A DNA stretch of 60,826 nucleotides from a virus (Duplodnaviria; Caudoviricetes): positions 1 through 60,826 of the IMG/VR virus record IMGVR_UViG_3300037670_000034; one strand, written 5' to 3'. The position numbers and the translations under genes were made by a program. Shown one piece after another: positions 1 through 10,523 of the stretch (positions within the stretch are counted from its first letter, which is position 1; every line of letters starts with the position of its first letter). The notes under the pieces were generated by a model. That model was not told where the DNA came from, did no database searches, and saw only the letters and a program-made list of their open reading frames with translations.

Positions 1-1230
1 ATGAAACGAGCGGAAATCAAGCGCCGGCCGATGGCCGATACCACCCTCTCCAGCCTCGAACCCGAAGAAAAAACATACCGCGAACACGACGGCCAGGGTC
101 TGTACTTTCGGGTGAAACCATCCGGCCAGAAACTGTGGGAGCTACGGTACTCGAAACCCGGATCGAAAGCCCGCTCTTGGCTGGGCCTCGGCCCTTACCC
201 CAGCGTCGGCGGCGCCCTGGCCAGGACCAAGGCTCAGGAAGCGCGCACGCTCATCGCCCAAGGCATAGATCCTTCCACCCAGCGCAAAGCGGTCGAGGCA
301 GAAGAGAAGGCACAATCCGAGAACCTGTTCGAACTCTTGGCGCGAGAATGGTATGCCACGCGCAAAGCAGGCTGGGGCGACGGGTATGCCAAGCGGGTGA
401 TAGGCGCCTTGGAACTGCATGTCTTCCCGAGAATGGGTAATCGTCCCTACGCCGATATCACCCCGATGGAATGGATGGAACTGTTCCGCTCCATGGAGAA
501 GAAAGGCATCCTCGACCAGATGGGCAACGTGCGGCGCTTCTGCAAAGAGATTTACGACCTCGCCCGGGTTACCGGCCGAGCGATCAACAACCCAGTCGAC
601 GGCCTCGATAAGTTCCTCCAGAAGAAGCAGTCCACGAACTATGCCCACGTCGAGCAGGTCCAGCTTCCCGCTCTCCTACGTGCGATCAGCGCCTACAACA
701 ATAGAACAGTCAGGATTGGGCTACGCCTGCTGGTGATCAACGGGTTGCGCCCTAGCGAAGTACGCGAGGCCCGCTGGAGCGAAATCGACTTGGACAAAGC
801 TATCTGGGAAATCCCGGCTGAACGGATGAAAAAACGGCGGGCGCACATCGTTCCGCTCTCCACCCAGTCGGTCGCCTTGCTCAAGGAGCTGCAACTGTAC
901 TCAGGCTCCTACGACCTGCTATTCCCTGGGCGGAATGACCGCACCAAACCGCTGAGCAACATGGTTTTCAACATGGCCCTTCGCCGCATGGGCTATGAGG
1001 GGATGCAGACAGGTCACGGCTTCCGCCACATCGCGTCGACCATTCTGCGAGAGAACGACTTCCCGAAAGACCACGTCGAAGCGCAACTCTCCCACGCCGA
1101 GGAAGGTGTGGCCAGGATCTACAACAAGGCCACTTACCTTGAGCAACGGCGCACCATGATGCAGTGGTATGCAGACTACCTTGCCGCGCTCGAGCGCGGC
1201 AACGTGATCCAGCTTGATAAGAGGGCCTGA
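1..1230 (+). CDS. int: Tyrosine integrase, P4-like, with arm-DNA-binding N-terminal domain
   Basis: DGQGLYFRV...LGPYP N-terminus; catalytic GLRPSE, HGFRH, QLSH and YN motifs. Confidence 0.95.
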   Translation: MKRAEIKRRPMADTTLSSLEPEEKTYREHDGQGLYFRVKPSGQKLWELRYSKPGSKARSWLGLGPYPSVGGALARTKAQEARTLIAQGIDPSTQRKAVEAEEKAQSENLFELLAREWYATRKAGWGDGYAKRVIGALELHVFPRMGNRPYADITPMEWMELFRSMEKKGILDQMGNVRRFCKEIYDLARVTGRAINNPVDGLDKFLQKKQSTNYAHVEQVQLPALLRAISAYNNRTVRIGLRLLVINGLRPSEVREARWSEIDLDKAIWEIPAERMKKRRAHIVPLSTQSVALLKELQLYSGSYDLLFPGRNDRTKPLSNMVFNMALRRMGYEGMQTGHGFRHIASTILRENDFPKDHVEAQLSHAEEGVARIYNKATYLEQRRTMMQWYADYLAALERGNVIQLDKRA

Positions 1231-1238
1231 ACAGGCCC

Positions 1239-4200
1239 TCAGTCCGCCCTCACCGCCTCGATCTGCTTACCGACCTGATCAGTGATCATGCTGCGCATCA
1301 GCGTGAGCCTGTCGATTTCCTTGCGCTTCCACGCACCATCCCGGTCAGAGCGGCGCACGTTCTCCATCTGCTTGTTGATCTCGCTGATACGACGCTGCTG
1401 GCGGTTCAACTGCTGCCGCATCGCCAGGATGCCGCGCTTCTCGGCTGCCAGATCTTGCGCCTCTGCCGTTTTCCCCAACCCCTGCAGTTCGCGCACGTCC
1501 GAGTAAATGCGGTTCGCCTCGCGCAGCCCATCGTAGAACAGCGTGCTGTACCGGGTGTAAGGCGCTGGTGCGCCCAGGTCGCGATAGAAGCGGCGAATCG
1601 GCTGGTACTCGCTCCAGCGCTTGTCCGGTGCCTCTTGGCCAGTTGCCCCGCGCCATACCGTATCGATGATGCCGGCCGCGTTCGCACCCACGGTACCGAA
1701 GTAGCCGCGGATCAGATGATCAGCCTGCACGGGCGACAGCGCGAACGGCGTTTCATCGCCAAACACCCGGCTCGCGCTCGACACGGCTTGCGCCGCCACA
1801 GTGGTGCTGTCCCTGGAGCGCAGCCCTTTGCTCAGCCGCTCCATACCAGCGGTTTCGATATCACGGCCAGTGAAGGCATCCCGGTTGGAGTAGATATCGA
1901 TCACCGGCTGGAACATCTGCGGTACCGGGTTGAAGCTGAAAGTCTGCATCATCATGTCTTTCAAGCGATCGGCGAACAGCTTGCCGGTCGCTTTGTCGTC
2001 GACGAGCTGCTCGGTCACACGCTCGGCCATGGTAGCGATCGCCCCCACCTCGAATGGCTTCGGAATGAAGAACGCATTGTCACCGATGCGGATAAACCAG
2101 TAGGCGTCCTTCTGCCAGTCCTCGAGCTTGCGGTATTCATCGTCATCCGCATTCGCCAGGTACAGGGCGATGCTGGCCAGCGTCAGAGCACCAGTCACTG
2201 CACTGAAGCGTGCAGCAGCCTGCTTGTCACTGGCGGTACCCTGCCCCATGGCCGTCAGCAGCGCCGGCTTAACGCCTGAGCGATACAGCTTGTCCAGACC
2301 TTGAAGCCGCGCATTGAGGAACGGCACCACCCGAATCAGGAAGCGGATCGCCGGCCATGCCCCGTGCTGGCTGAAGTCCATAATGTCGCGCGCCTCATAG
2401 GCAGCACGCAGGCGCCCCAGGTCATCGACGTTCTGCAGGTAGGTGGCCGCACGGCTCACGTTCTCCGCGGTATCCGCCACCTCACCCCAGCGCCTCCAGC
2501 CAGCTCGCAGCAGCTTCGGTACCATGCTCACATCGGTTACCAGTTCGGCACCGGTAACGGCCTTCTTCAAGCTGGCCTTCACCTCGTTGACGTCAGCGCC
2601 GTACAGGTGGCCAAAGCTGAACGCACCGCCACTGGCCTGCATTTCCGCCCGGGTGCGCGCATCCCGGTAACCAGCAACGCCCTGCGACAGGTTCTTGAAC
2701 AGGTTCTTGCTGGTCGGCGAGGTCGCCGAGGCCTGCATCAGATCGCGCATGGTGTTGGCCAGGATGAACTGCGGCGTAACCGTGGTCATGTTGGTGAACA
2801 GCCGCTTAAAGGCAGACATGGTCTGTACCGCCAGGTTGTTCAGCCCAGGATCTGCCAGAGCAGTCAGCGACTCGAATACCAGGGGATCATCGATCTCGTA
2901 GAAAACCCGATCGCCATCCTTCAGGACGAACGTGCTGGTCTTCGGATCACGGCGGCTCTCTGGCACCACTCGCGCAATGCCGGCGCGCTCGGCGTTGACC
3001 ATTGCCTGCGTCGCGGCCTGGTTCTTCAGGCTGGCCGAAATCAGATGATGGAAGTTCATCAGGGTGTTTTCCAGCAGGTCATTCAGATTCTGCTTGCCAC
3101 CCTTCAGCTTCTTGTAGGCCTCCTGACGGCTCAGCCCCTTACCGGCGCGCGGGCCGCCGGCGGCAGCCTCTTCATCCATCACCCGATAGAACGGCACGTA
3201 GAACTCGTCACGCCACATCGCCCTGGTGTCGGAGTTGATGATGCCGTTTGCCTCGGCGATGGCCAGCACATCGTCACGGTACTGCTGAAACTCGCTGAAT
3301 ACCTTGCTGTACAGCATCTGCCGGCTCTTGCCATCAGCCGTCCGCCCGCCGTTCAACTGCTTGCCACTGGCAATTTCATCGGCGGTGAACAGGTTCTCGC
3401 GCCCTTCCTGCATCAGGCGATCAGCGCGATTCGCGGCAATCCACCCCATGAAGCGCTCCACTTCTGCGGCCGACCCCAATTGCGTCAGCACGGCAGAAAG
3501 GCCACCAGTCTTGTCGCCGTCCTGCAGGGTGATCACCCGCTCTTTTCCGTCAAAGCGCAGGCGCCCAGTGGTCAGCATCGCATTCAGCGCACCAGAGGCC
3601 GACGACGACATACGCGCCAGCACCCAGGAACTGCTGTGGATGGCGTTGTCGATGAAGTCTTTGCCCAGCAGCCTCTCGTCGAGCTCTTTCAGTGCCGCAT
3701 AGCGATCAACCACGCCTTGGCGGATTTTCGTGGCCACGCGATCAGTACGCTCGCGCACCCATTCCTTGGCCTTGGTCAGCGCCGGCGGCGAGCCGATCTT
3801 GTTCAGGAAGTCGCGCGCGCCCTGATTCAGCTCGGGGAAGGCATCTGCAGTTTTCCCGGTAACGAACCGATCGGTGAAAGCGTCGAGCAGATCAACAGTA
3901 CCCTGGCCTGTACGGCGATAGCGGATATCAGGATCGACCTGATCGAAGGCCCCCGTGTTGTTCGTGGCCGATTTCACCTGGTTGTTATAGAACGCCACCC
4001 AAGTACCGGTGTTCGCAAGTTGGATGCCGTCATATCCCTCGGCTTCCAGCCGCTGCCGCATAGCAATCGCCTTCTCGAAGGAATCCAGGCTCTGCGATTC
4101 CGCCACGCTCATGCGATACGGATTCTTGATTGAGGCGAACAACGGCATCACGTTGGCCAGCCCTGGCATGCCGTCGGTTGCTTTCTCCGCGTAGGCTTTC

Positions 4201-7200
4201 GCCAGGGTGCCGTCATTGGTGAGGAATACACCAAGCGGCGCAGTGGTGTGGCCGGTACTGCGACCCGGCCGGCTCTGATCAAAGATGGTGAACTGCTCGG
4301 CGGTGCCGTGGTACAGCACCAGCGGTTCGCCGTTACCGTCCGTCACCTTGGAGACAGTCTCCGGGTTGACGCGATCAAGCACACGGCGTGAGAATGATTC
4401 CACCTCGGTGAGAGCCGAGGTCTGAGCCCCGGTATTGGCCGATGTCGATCTCTGACCCTCACGGGTCACCTCGCGCGGAGATGCTACCGGGGCTTTGTTT
4501 TGCCCGTCGAGCGTGACGGTGTTGTAGAAGAACCTGCCGTTGCCATCCTCCTGCACCGTAAATACCGCCACCACTGGAGTGCCGTCTATCTCGATAGGCG
4601 CCAGCAGCTTGTGGTATGCCATGCGATTGCGCGCACCTTCACCAGGCCTGGCGCTGGCATAAATGGAATGCTGAAAAGTCGCGCGCAGTCTGTCGAGCAC
4701 AGCCAGTTTTGCAGGGTCTGCTGCACTGGATGCGGCCTTGTTCAGTGCATTGCTGCCAACCTTCACCTCGCCCAAGTGGTCATGGGGCAGCGTGTCGCCA
4801 CTCTTTGCCATAGCCTCAAGCGCAGAACGCACCGCATCCTGTTTCTGCTTGCTCGTCATGTCGCGCCAGGCATCCGGCGTTTTCAGCTTGAGCGGCTTCA
4901 TTGCCGCCAGGCGCTCTTCCACGCTCACCGCCTGCCAGTCACCAAACCAACGCTTAAAGTTCTCGCTGCGCGCCTGATGCCACTGTTTCTGATTCAGCTT
5001 CGACGGTTTTCCGTTGGGCGCCAGCAGGCGACCTTGTTCGTCGACGATCTCCGCGTCCATGCCTGAGCGCCCATCACGCGAGAACGCCTCCCGAGTACCA
5101 GCACGGCGCCGGCCGTTCTCGATATAGGCCCGGGCATTGGCCAACAGCCCCTGAATATCGCCCTCGGTCCAACGCATGTTGACGCCGATCGAGCGCAACG
5201 CGTTGCGCATGGCGGTCACCAGGCGTGGCCAGAACGCTTGCTGCTGGATGGTGCCGGCGCCAGCCATATCAGCCAGCACTTCCTCCATGGCCACGGCCGG
5301 CGAGTAGCCGAAGCGACGCACCAGGGCGTCAGCCTGGGCCTTCATTTCTGGATTGCCGTTGTAGATGCTCATGAGCAGCGGCGTCAGGCGCTGGCCGTAA
5401 GCACCCTGCAACCCGGCATGGCCAAGTACTTCGTGCTGCAGGACGAATGCCGCATGCCGGGCGTCGCGCAGGTTGTCGGCCACCAGATACACCTGGCCAT
5501 CAGCGAAGATGCCTTCCACGTCGAAGGCGCCATCGCGCTCAACACGCTGCCGCTGGCGAGTCGGCAGATCCTTGATCGACTGCACCACCTTGATATCCGG
5601 CGCATTCTGCCAGGATCCAGCCAGCACCTTCATAGCGATGCGCAGTTGGCCCGCACGGGCGCCCTGCCCCTGCTCTGGTGCACGGCGGTAGCTGTTGCGC
5701 GAGTACTGCTGCTGGCCGAACTCCTGACGCAGCGCTTCCCAGGCCTGGCGGTTCACGCCCTCCGGGCTGTCGCTGTTCAGTTCGTTGTACTGCTCGAAGG
5801 TGATGCCGGCCGAGGCGCGATCAACGTCTGCCTCATACTGATCCTGCAAGCGCTGGATGGCCTGGTCGTAACCTGGCGATCCTTTCTTGATGCCGGCGGC
5901 CTTGGCCTTGCGGTCGATGTAGCGCTTGCGCGGCGTCGCCAGGATCTCGGGTAGGGCCGGCGCCTGTTCAGCGGCTTGAACTGGTGCAGTTTCTTCACCG
6001 GCTGCGGATTGATCAGTAGCAGGCTGCTCGCTCAGTGCACGCTGTCCGTTATCCCCCTGTGCTGCAGTAGAAACACCAGCTCCACCTGCTTCTGCCGATC
6101 GCCCGGCAGCGGCAGGCCGTTCAGCCACAACTGGCTCTCGCGCCATGTTATCTGCCGCATCTGGCACAGCAGGCGTATCGCCTGCGGCTCGGTCATTAAC
6201 AGGCCCTGGCCGACTATCAGCACCCTGCACCTCCTGACGGCGCTGGATGCGCCACTCGCGATTGCCACTTTTCACGACTTCGAACGCGGCCGGCTCCGGC
6301 ATCGAGCGCAGCGCCTTGTTCGCACCGGGAACGCTTCGGTAGACGGTGGAAACCGCCTGCTGCTCGTCCCGCACGGCTTTGATTGCCCGCGCAGCCTGCG
6401 CCCGGGTTGCGCCACTCGAGGCGGCCAGCGTCTCGGCATCCGCCTGCTCTCCAGCCTGGCGAGCCTGCTGCAACACCTGATCGAATTTCGGGCGTTGGCC
6501 AGGCACAGCCTGGGCGGTCATGCCATCCACGCGCGGCGCCGGCTCGGTCGGCTGCTGATTCGGCACCCTGCCCACCTGAGCCTGGCCAACGCTGTCCACC
6601 ACCACGGCCTCTGGGCGAAGGTCAGGCAGCCCCTGGCGCACCGGCTCAGCGTCGAAAGTTCTCTGGGTTGCCAGCGGCTGCGCCTGTGGCACCCGAGCAG
6701 CCGGGATCACCTCTCCAGTGATAGGCAACTCACCACGCGGCGTCTGTTGGTCCATGCCGGGTCCACCGCCTGGCTGGCCAGCCTCGCGCCCTGGTACAGG
6801 ACGCTGCTCGCGGTCCACGTTGCGAGCAGGCCCTCGCTCGCTGACCTGGCCAGCGGCATCTGCGTACAGCACCTGCTCAGGCGCAGGCAGCGCCAGACGA
6901 TCCGGCGCCGGCAGTTGCGCGGCAGTGCGGGAGATAACGCCAGCAGCAGGATCTGGAGCAGGTACCGGCGCCGGCATCGGGTTTTCGGCAGACGGCGACG
7001 GCTGAACCATGCGCGTGCGCGCCATGTTCCAAGATGCCTCTGCAGTGCTCTGGCCAAGGGAGAGCAAGCTCTCCAGCACGGCATCAGGGATGTTCCCTTC
7101 ACCAGTGGCTGCCAGTTCGCCAAGATACTCGCCAACGCCCTCGCCGATAGTCTCCATGCCCAGTAGCGCGCCGCCAGTCGCCATGCGGCGCCCTAGGCGA

Positions 7201-8078
7201 TCAGTGACCTTGCGCGCATTGTCTTGTGCCGCTCGCACGGCAGCGGCGATTTCAGGATTCGCCCGAGCAGCCACCACCGCAGCTTCGCTGGTCACGTCCA
7301 CACCACGATCAACCAGCGCCTTGCGAGTAGCCGCCTCCAATGCAGTACTGCCGGTGCGCTGCACGGTACTGGCAAACTTGCCGCCAATGCCAAGCGTGAG
7401 AGCATCCACCCCAGTAATCACGCCACCTTTGATAGCGCCCTCACGCCTGGCCTGTGCCAGTTCTTCCTGGGTCACCTCGCCATCATCGGCTGCAGCCATG
7501 GCCTTGTTGCCGGTTTCCAACGCGGCGTTACCAAGGAACATGCCGGCCAGTCCACCGATTACGCCCCCCACGGTACCGCCTGCAGCCGTACCAACCCCCG
7601 GAAAGACGGACCCGATACCAGCGCCTACAGCCGCGCCACCTTTCAGGCCAGCCCAGCCACCGCCTAGTACTGCTGCAGCATTCGGCAACTGCTCGAGCAC
7701 TGCCAGTCCTGCGCCGGCCGGGTTATCGACGATGGCACCGATGCCCTGGCCAATGGTCGGCAGCAGGCCAGGATCTTCACCCAGTGCCGCGGTGCGGTCT
7801 GCATAGTCAGCCTGGAACTGCTCAAGACGAGGATCGCGAGGCGCCTGCGCCTGCTCGACGGCGCGATCCGCGACGCCCTGCGTGTTGCCGGTGTAAGCAT
7901 CGACGGTGGAGGCGATCGCGCGGCCAGTGTTCTTGGCTCCCTCGACAACAGTGTCGACGATACCGCTGGCCTTTGGCTTCTGCGGCTGAAGGCCAAACTC
8001 CTGCGCAAGACTGGAGCCGCCAGTGGATCCTGCCGACTCATTGGCCCCTAATCCAAACTCATCAGCCAGCTTGCTCAT
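1239..8078 (-). CDS. Large polyvalent (likely DNA-co-injected) protein: metallopeptidase-like, LPD3-like, ADP-ribosyltransferase-like and C-terminal LPD38-like domains
   Basis: Start MSKLAD after GGAGGGG RBS; motifs HEVLGH, APNGKPSKL..FKRWFGDW, EPLVLYHGT, GYDGI, YWFIRIG..IPKPFE. Confidence 0.75.
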   Translation of the reverse strand: MSKLADEFGLGANESAGSTGGSSLAQEFGLQPQKPKASGIVDTVVEGAKNTGRAIASTVDAYTGNTQGVADRAVEQAQAPRDPRLEQFQADYADRTAALGEDPGLLPTIGQGIGAIVDNPAGAGLAVLEQLPNAAAVLGGGWAGLKGGAAVGAGIGSVFPGVGTAAGGTVGGVIGGLAGMFLGNAALETGNKAMAAADDGEVTQEELAQARREGAIKGGVITGVDALTLGIGGKFASTVQRTGSTALEAATRKALVDRGVDVTSEAAVVAARANPEIAAAVRAAQDNARKVTDRLGRRMATGGALLGMETIGEGVGEYLGELAATGEGNIPDAVLESLLSLGQSTAEASWNMARTRMVQPSPSAENPMPAPVPAPDPAAGVISRTAAQLPAPDRLALPAPEQVLYADAAGQVSERGPARNVDREQRPVPGREAGQPGGGPGMDQQTPRGELPITGEVIPAARVPQAQPLATQRTFDAEPVRQGLPDLRPEAVVVDSVGQAQVGRVPNQQPTEPAPRVDGMTAQAVPGQRPKFDQVLQQARQAGEQADAETLAASSGATRAQAARAIKAVRDEQQAVSTVYRSVPGANKALRSMPEPAAFEVVKSGNREWRIQRRQEVQGADSRPGPVNDRAAGDTPAVPDAADNMAREPVVAERPAAAGRSAEAGGAGVSTAAQGDNGQRALSEQPATDQSAAGEETAPVQAAEQAPALPEILATPRKRYIDRKAKAAGIKKGSPGYDQAIQRLQDQYEADVDRASAGITFEQYNELNSDSPEGVNRQAWEALRQEFGQQQYSRNSYRRAPEQGQGARAGQLRIAMKVLAGSWQNAPDIKVVQSIKDLPTRQRQRVERDGAFDVEGIFADGQVYLVADNLRDARHAAFVLQHEVLGHAGLQGAYGQRLTPLLMSIYNGNPEMKAQADALVRRFGYSPAVAMEEVLADMAGAGTIQQQAFWPRLVTAMRNALRSIGVNMRWTEGDIQGLLANARAYIENGRRRAGTREAFSRDGRSGMDAEIVDEQGRLLAPNGKPSKLNQKQWHQARSENFKRWFGDWQAVSVEERLAAMKPLKLKTPDAWRDMTSKQKQDAVRSALEAMAKSGDTLPHDHLGEVKVGSNALNKAASSAADPAKLAVLDRLRATFQHSIYASARPGEGARNRMAYHKLLAPIEIDGTPVVAVFTVQEDGNGRFFYNTVTLDGQNKAPVASPREVTREGQRSTSANTGAQTSALTEVESFSRRVLDRVNPETVSKVTDGNGEPLVLYHGTAEQFTIFDQSRPGRSTGHTTAPLGVFLTNDGTLAKAYAEKATDGMPGLANVMPLFASIKNPYRMSVAESQSLDSFEKAIAMRQRLEAEGYDGIQLANTGTWVAFYNNQVKSATNNTGAFDQVDPDIRYRRTGQGTVDLLDAFTDRFVTGKTADAFPELNQGARDFLNKIGSPPALTKAKEWVRERTDRVATKIRQGVVDRYAALKELDERLLGKDFIDNAIHSSSWVLARMSSSASGALNAMLTTGRLRFDGKERVITLQDGDKTGGLSAVLTQLGSAAEVERFMGWIAANRADRLMQEGRENLFTADEIASGKQLNGGRTADGKSRQMLYSKVFSEFQQYRDDVLAIAEANGIINSDTRAMWRDEFYVPFYRVMDEEAAAGGPRAGKGLSRQEAYKKLKGGKQNLNDLLENTLMNFHHLISASLKNQAATQAMVNAERAGIARVVPESRRDPKTSTFVLKDGDRVFYEIDDPLVFESLTALADPGLNNLAVQTMSAFKRLFTNMTTVTPQFILANTMRDLMQASATSPTSKNLFKNLSQGVAGYRDARTRAEMQASGGAFSFGHLYGADVNEVKASLKKAVTGAELVTDVSMVPKLLRAGWRRWGEVADTAENVSRAATYLQNVDDLGRLRAAYEARDIMDFSQHGAWPAIRFLIRVVPFLNARLQGLDKLYRSGVKPALLTAMGQGTASDKQAAARFSAVTGALTLASIALYLANADDDEYRKLEDWQKDAYWFIRIGDNAFFIPKPFEVGAIATMAERVTEQLVDDKATGKLFADRLKDMMMQTFSFNPVPQMFQPVIDIYSNRDAFTGRDIETAGMERLSKGLRSRDSTTVAAQAVSSASRVFGDETPFALSPVQADHLIRGYFGTVGANAAGIIDTVWRGATGQEAPDKRWSEYQPIRRFYRDLGAPAPYTRYSTLFYDGLREANRIYSDVRELQGLGKTAEAQDLAAEKRGILAMRQQLNRQQRRISEINKQMENVRRSDRDGAWKRKEIDRLTLMRSMITDQVGKQIEAVRAD

Positions 8079-8119
8079 TGCCCCTCCAAACAGCCGCACC
8101 GTGCGGCACCGTTCAGAGA

Positions 8120-8147
8120 ACGCTATGTCACTGGCCCACTTGGACAA
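8120..8147 (-). promoter_or_regulatory. Putative late promoter copy 1 (TTGTCC-N10-GTGACA-TAGCGT)
   Basis: Repeated motif with fixed spacing, ~40 nt upstream of the 8078 start. Confidence 0.7.
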
Positions 8148-8151
8148 GGCG

Positions 8152-8177
8152 AAAAAAATCCCCCAGTAGTGGGGAAT
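8152..8177 (-). terminator. Intrinsic terminator
   Basis: TTCCCCA-CTAC-TGGGGGA followed by a T7 run, downstream of 8198..9016. Confidence 0.7.
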
Positions 8178-8197
8178 TGTCAGAATGGACCGGAGCA

Positions 8198-9016
8198 TTA
8201 CGCCGTAGAGTTTTGATCAGGCTCGGCAACCATTCCTGGGTGATCCAGAAGGTTGTCGACGATCGCATCGTACTCTTGATGGTCATTATGATCTTTCTCA
8301 CGCAACCACCAGAGCACGAATTTAGCCTCGGCATGGCTACGCGGCTTTATTTCAGCGAGCAGACCAAAGACAAACCATTCTCGAACAGTCGCTTCAGCCG
8401 GCCCATCACAGCTACTAAATGAGTTACGAAGCCAGTAGAGGTCGTTCCAATAATTGAGTTCATACAAGCAGTCAGTGAGAGTATATGGCAGCAAATCGTC
8501 ATATTTTAAAAAGCGTTTCCTTACCGCAGCCCCATCATAGTCATGGCAACCTTTAAACTTCGGGCAACGCTTAAGCGTAGTTACACAGAAATCCTCGGCA
8601 GGCGTGTTGTTCCAAATAGTCTCCCCTGGAAATCTTGCGTTCGCCTCTCGCCTCTTCATCTCCTTTTCAATGGATCGCTCCGCCAACCCCTGAATATCAG
8701 CAAATCCAAAAGAAGAAAAAGCGGCGGCCCAATTTCCGGGATTGTCTTTGATGAGCTTCTGCGTATACCGCTTCTCCAACTCTTTAAACGGGGTCTTGAT
8801 GTTTTTTGCCGCTTCCAGCGCAATTGCGATAAGCCCCTCCTGCCCGGTACTAATCACCTCACGCAACCACAGCAGTGCATCAACCTCTTTGTCGCCCGTG
8901 ACAACCTTCTGAGGCGGCAAATCCTGAGCAACAAGGGCGGTCTCGTTGCTTGATTGAATTGGCGGCAAGCTGAACATGGCGCGATGTTTCTGGTTATCTT
9001 CCAGAAGTTTATTCAT
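8198..9016 (-). CDS. Hypothetical phage protein, last gene of the antirepressor operon
   Basis: 272-aa ORF overlapping the antirepressor stop, lower GC. Confidence 0.75.
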   Translation of the reverse strand: MNKLLEDNQKHRAMFSLPPIQSSNETALVAQDLPPQKVVTGDKEVDALLWLREVISTGQEGLIAIALEAAKNIKTPFKELEKRYTQKLIKDNPGNWAAAFSSFGFADIQGLAERSIEKEMKRREANARFPGETIWNNTPAEDFCVTTLKRCPKFKGCHDYDGAAVRKRFLKYDDLLPYTLTDCLYELNYWNDLYWLRNSFSSCDGPAEATVREWFVFGLLAEIKPRSHAEAKFVLWWLREKDHNDHQEYDAIVDNLLDHPGMVAEPDQNSTA

Positions 9017-9899
9017 CGTTGCGCCCTCCTGTGTCCTTTCCAGAAAGCACTCTTCCTATCTTTCCTTCTGCGACCAGCTTCACCATGGTGAACTCGCCAT
9101 CCCACCCCTTCTTCATTGGTAGCTTGTGCATGAGATAAAACTGATGAAGACGCTGCGCCCCTGCTAGCAACAACTGCAGGTCATACTTTATGAAAGAGTC
9201 ACAGCCCTCAGCCGAAATGGTTCGCGGCTTTTCTGTCAAATAGCGGTCGCGTACCCTGCTTGCAACACGATACTTGGGGGAGCGCTCAGCATCGCGCTCG
9301 GAGTTATATATCCAGCCAAGCTCCAACAATGTCGCGTTCACCTGCTGAGTATTGACACCGTTAAGTCGCTTACAAAACTGCGTTGGAGTCTCTCCCGGCA
9401 GAAATAGATTTTCCAGGCTGTCAATTCGTTGCGCCTGCTGCTTGTTCTCAACCTGCAGCTTGGCCTTCTGCTCTTCCAAATCTGCCGCCAAACGCAAGGC
9501 ATCAGCGAATGACTGGGGCAACGATGGCAACTGCACCTCGCGTTTGGTGAAGTACCCCTTGACCAATTGCCGCTGTACTTCCCAAGCCAAATCGTCGGTG
9601 AAGCTCTTGACCAGCATCAGGTAACCCGATTCGGTCAGCAGGATTCCTTTGGGCGTCCTGGGCGGGAATACACCCCCCAGCGACTGACGACGAATTTCGT
9701 CGGAATGCACAGTTAGGTAGTCCTCGGCCTCAATGAAGCGCTGGCGGTTCTCTCTGAAGTTGCGACCAGCAGTGCCGTCCGGCCGCTGATGCACCTTGTC
9801 CACCATCGCTAGAGTGACTACGCGCTGCCCGTTGAACTCAACGATAGGGATCTGCTGACCATGAATACTGACTGTGGGGGATGTGAGGTTTCCCATCAT
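9009..9899 (-). CDS. Antirepressor-like protein (ORF6N domain plus KilAC-like C-terminus)
   Basis: GQRVVTLAMVDKVHQRP..NFRENRQRF; LLTESGYLMLVKSFTDDLAWEVQRQLV; LPQSFADALRLAAD. Confidence 0.85.
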   Translation of the reverse strand: MMGNLTSPTVSIHGQQIPIVEFNGQRVVTLAMVDKVHQRPDGTAGRNFRENRQRFIEAEDYLTVHSDEIRRQSLGGVFPPRTPKGILLTESGYLMLVKSFTDDLAWEVQRQLVKGYFTKREVQLPSLPQSFADALRLAADLEEQKAKLQVENKQQAQRIDSLENLFLPGETPTQFCKRLNGVNTQQVNATLLELGWIYNSERDAERSPKYRVASRVRDRYLTEKPRTISAEGCDSFIKYDLQLLLAGAQRLHQFYLMHKLPMKKGWDGEFTMVKLVAEGKIGRVLSGKDTGGRNDE

Positions 9900-10156
9900 G
9901 CAGCCTCCCGATCGCACAGCGCGCGATCCAGATAGGTTTTCATCTGGCTCAGCTGCGACTCCAGCAGCCAGAGCACGTTCTTCTCATGCGTAGGCAGGGC
10001 ACCGCCCTGCAGCACAACGGCCAGACCGATGGCTCGACCAAGGAAGGTATTGAGCACATCCTGATTCAGCGGCACATTGTCGGGCAGGCTGAATATCTCC
10101 TCCGGCGTAGTGGCGTCCTCAAGGTTGCATTCCACGGGCTTTGCGTTAGCATTCAT
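9896..10156 (-). CDS. Hypothetical protein
   Basis: MNANAK start after GGAG; ATGA-coupled to the antirepressor. Confidence 0.6.
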   Translation of the reverse strand: MNANAKPVECNLEDATTPEEIFSLPDNVPLNQDVLNTFLGRAIGLAVVLQGGALPTHEKNVLWLLESQLSQMKTYLDRALCDREAA

Positions 10157-10226
10157 CGGGTGAACTCCTTCCAAAGTTTTCACATCCGAAGCCTCAGGTG
10201 TTACCAGCACCTGGGGCTTCATCCTT

Positions 10227-10397
10227 TCAGGCGTCTGCCTGCTTGCCTCGCTGACTCTCATCTTGCTTCCTCGATTGTTCCAGCCTGTATATGACCTCGG
10301 CCGTCTGACTGCGCCGATTCAACTCTGCCTGCTCAGACAAATAGTTTTTCAACTCCTGCGGCAGGCGTAATTTGAACTGCGGATCAACTCGACTCAT
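10227..10397 (-). CDS. arc: Arc-family ribbon-helix-helix repressor
   Basis: DPQFKLRLPQELK..AELNRRSQTAEVIYRLEQS; GGAGGG RBS. Confidence 0.9.
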   Translation of the reverse strand: MSRVDPQFKLRLPQELKNYLSEQAELNRRSQTAEVIYRLEQSRKQDESQRGKQADA

Positions 10398-10408
10398 TTT
10401 CCCTCCAT

Positions 10409-10480
10409 ATGCATCACCGTGATGCATTGATTTAAATGTAGAACGGTGGTGCATTGATGTCAATACCACGGTGATGCATT
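10409..10480. promoter_or_regulatory. Operator repeats between the divergent Arc-family genes
   Basis: Palindrome ATGCATCAC-C-GTGATGCAT (10409-10427) plus CGGTGGTGCATT (10444) and CGGTGATGCATT (10469). Confidence 0.7.
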
Positions 10481-10523
10481 CTTCATGAGGTGCGTTTAAT
10501 GCACCCGCCACACAGAGAGCCGC

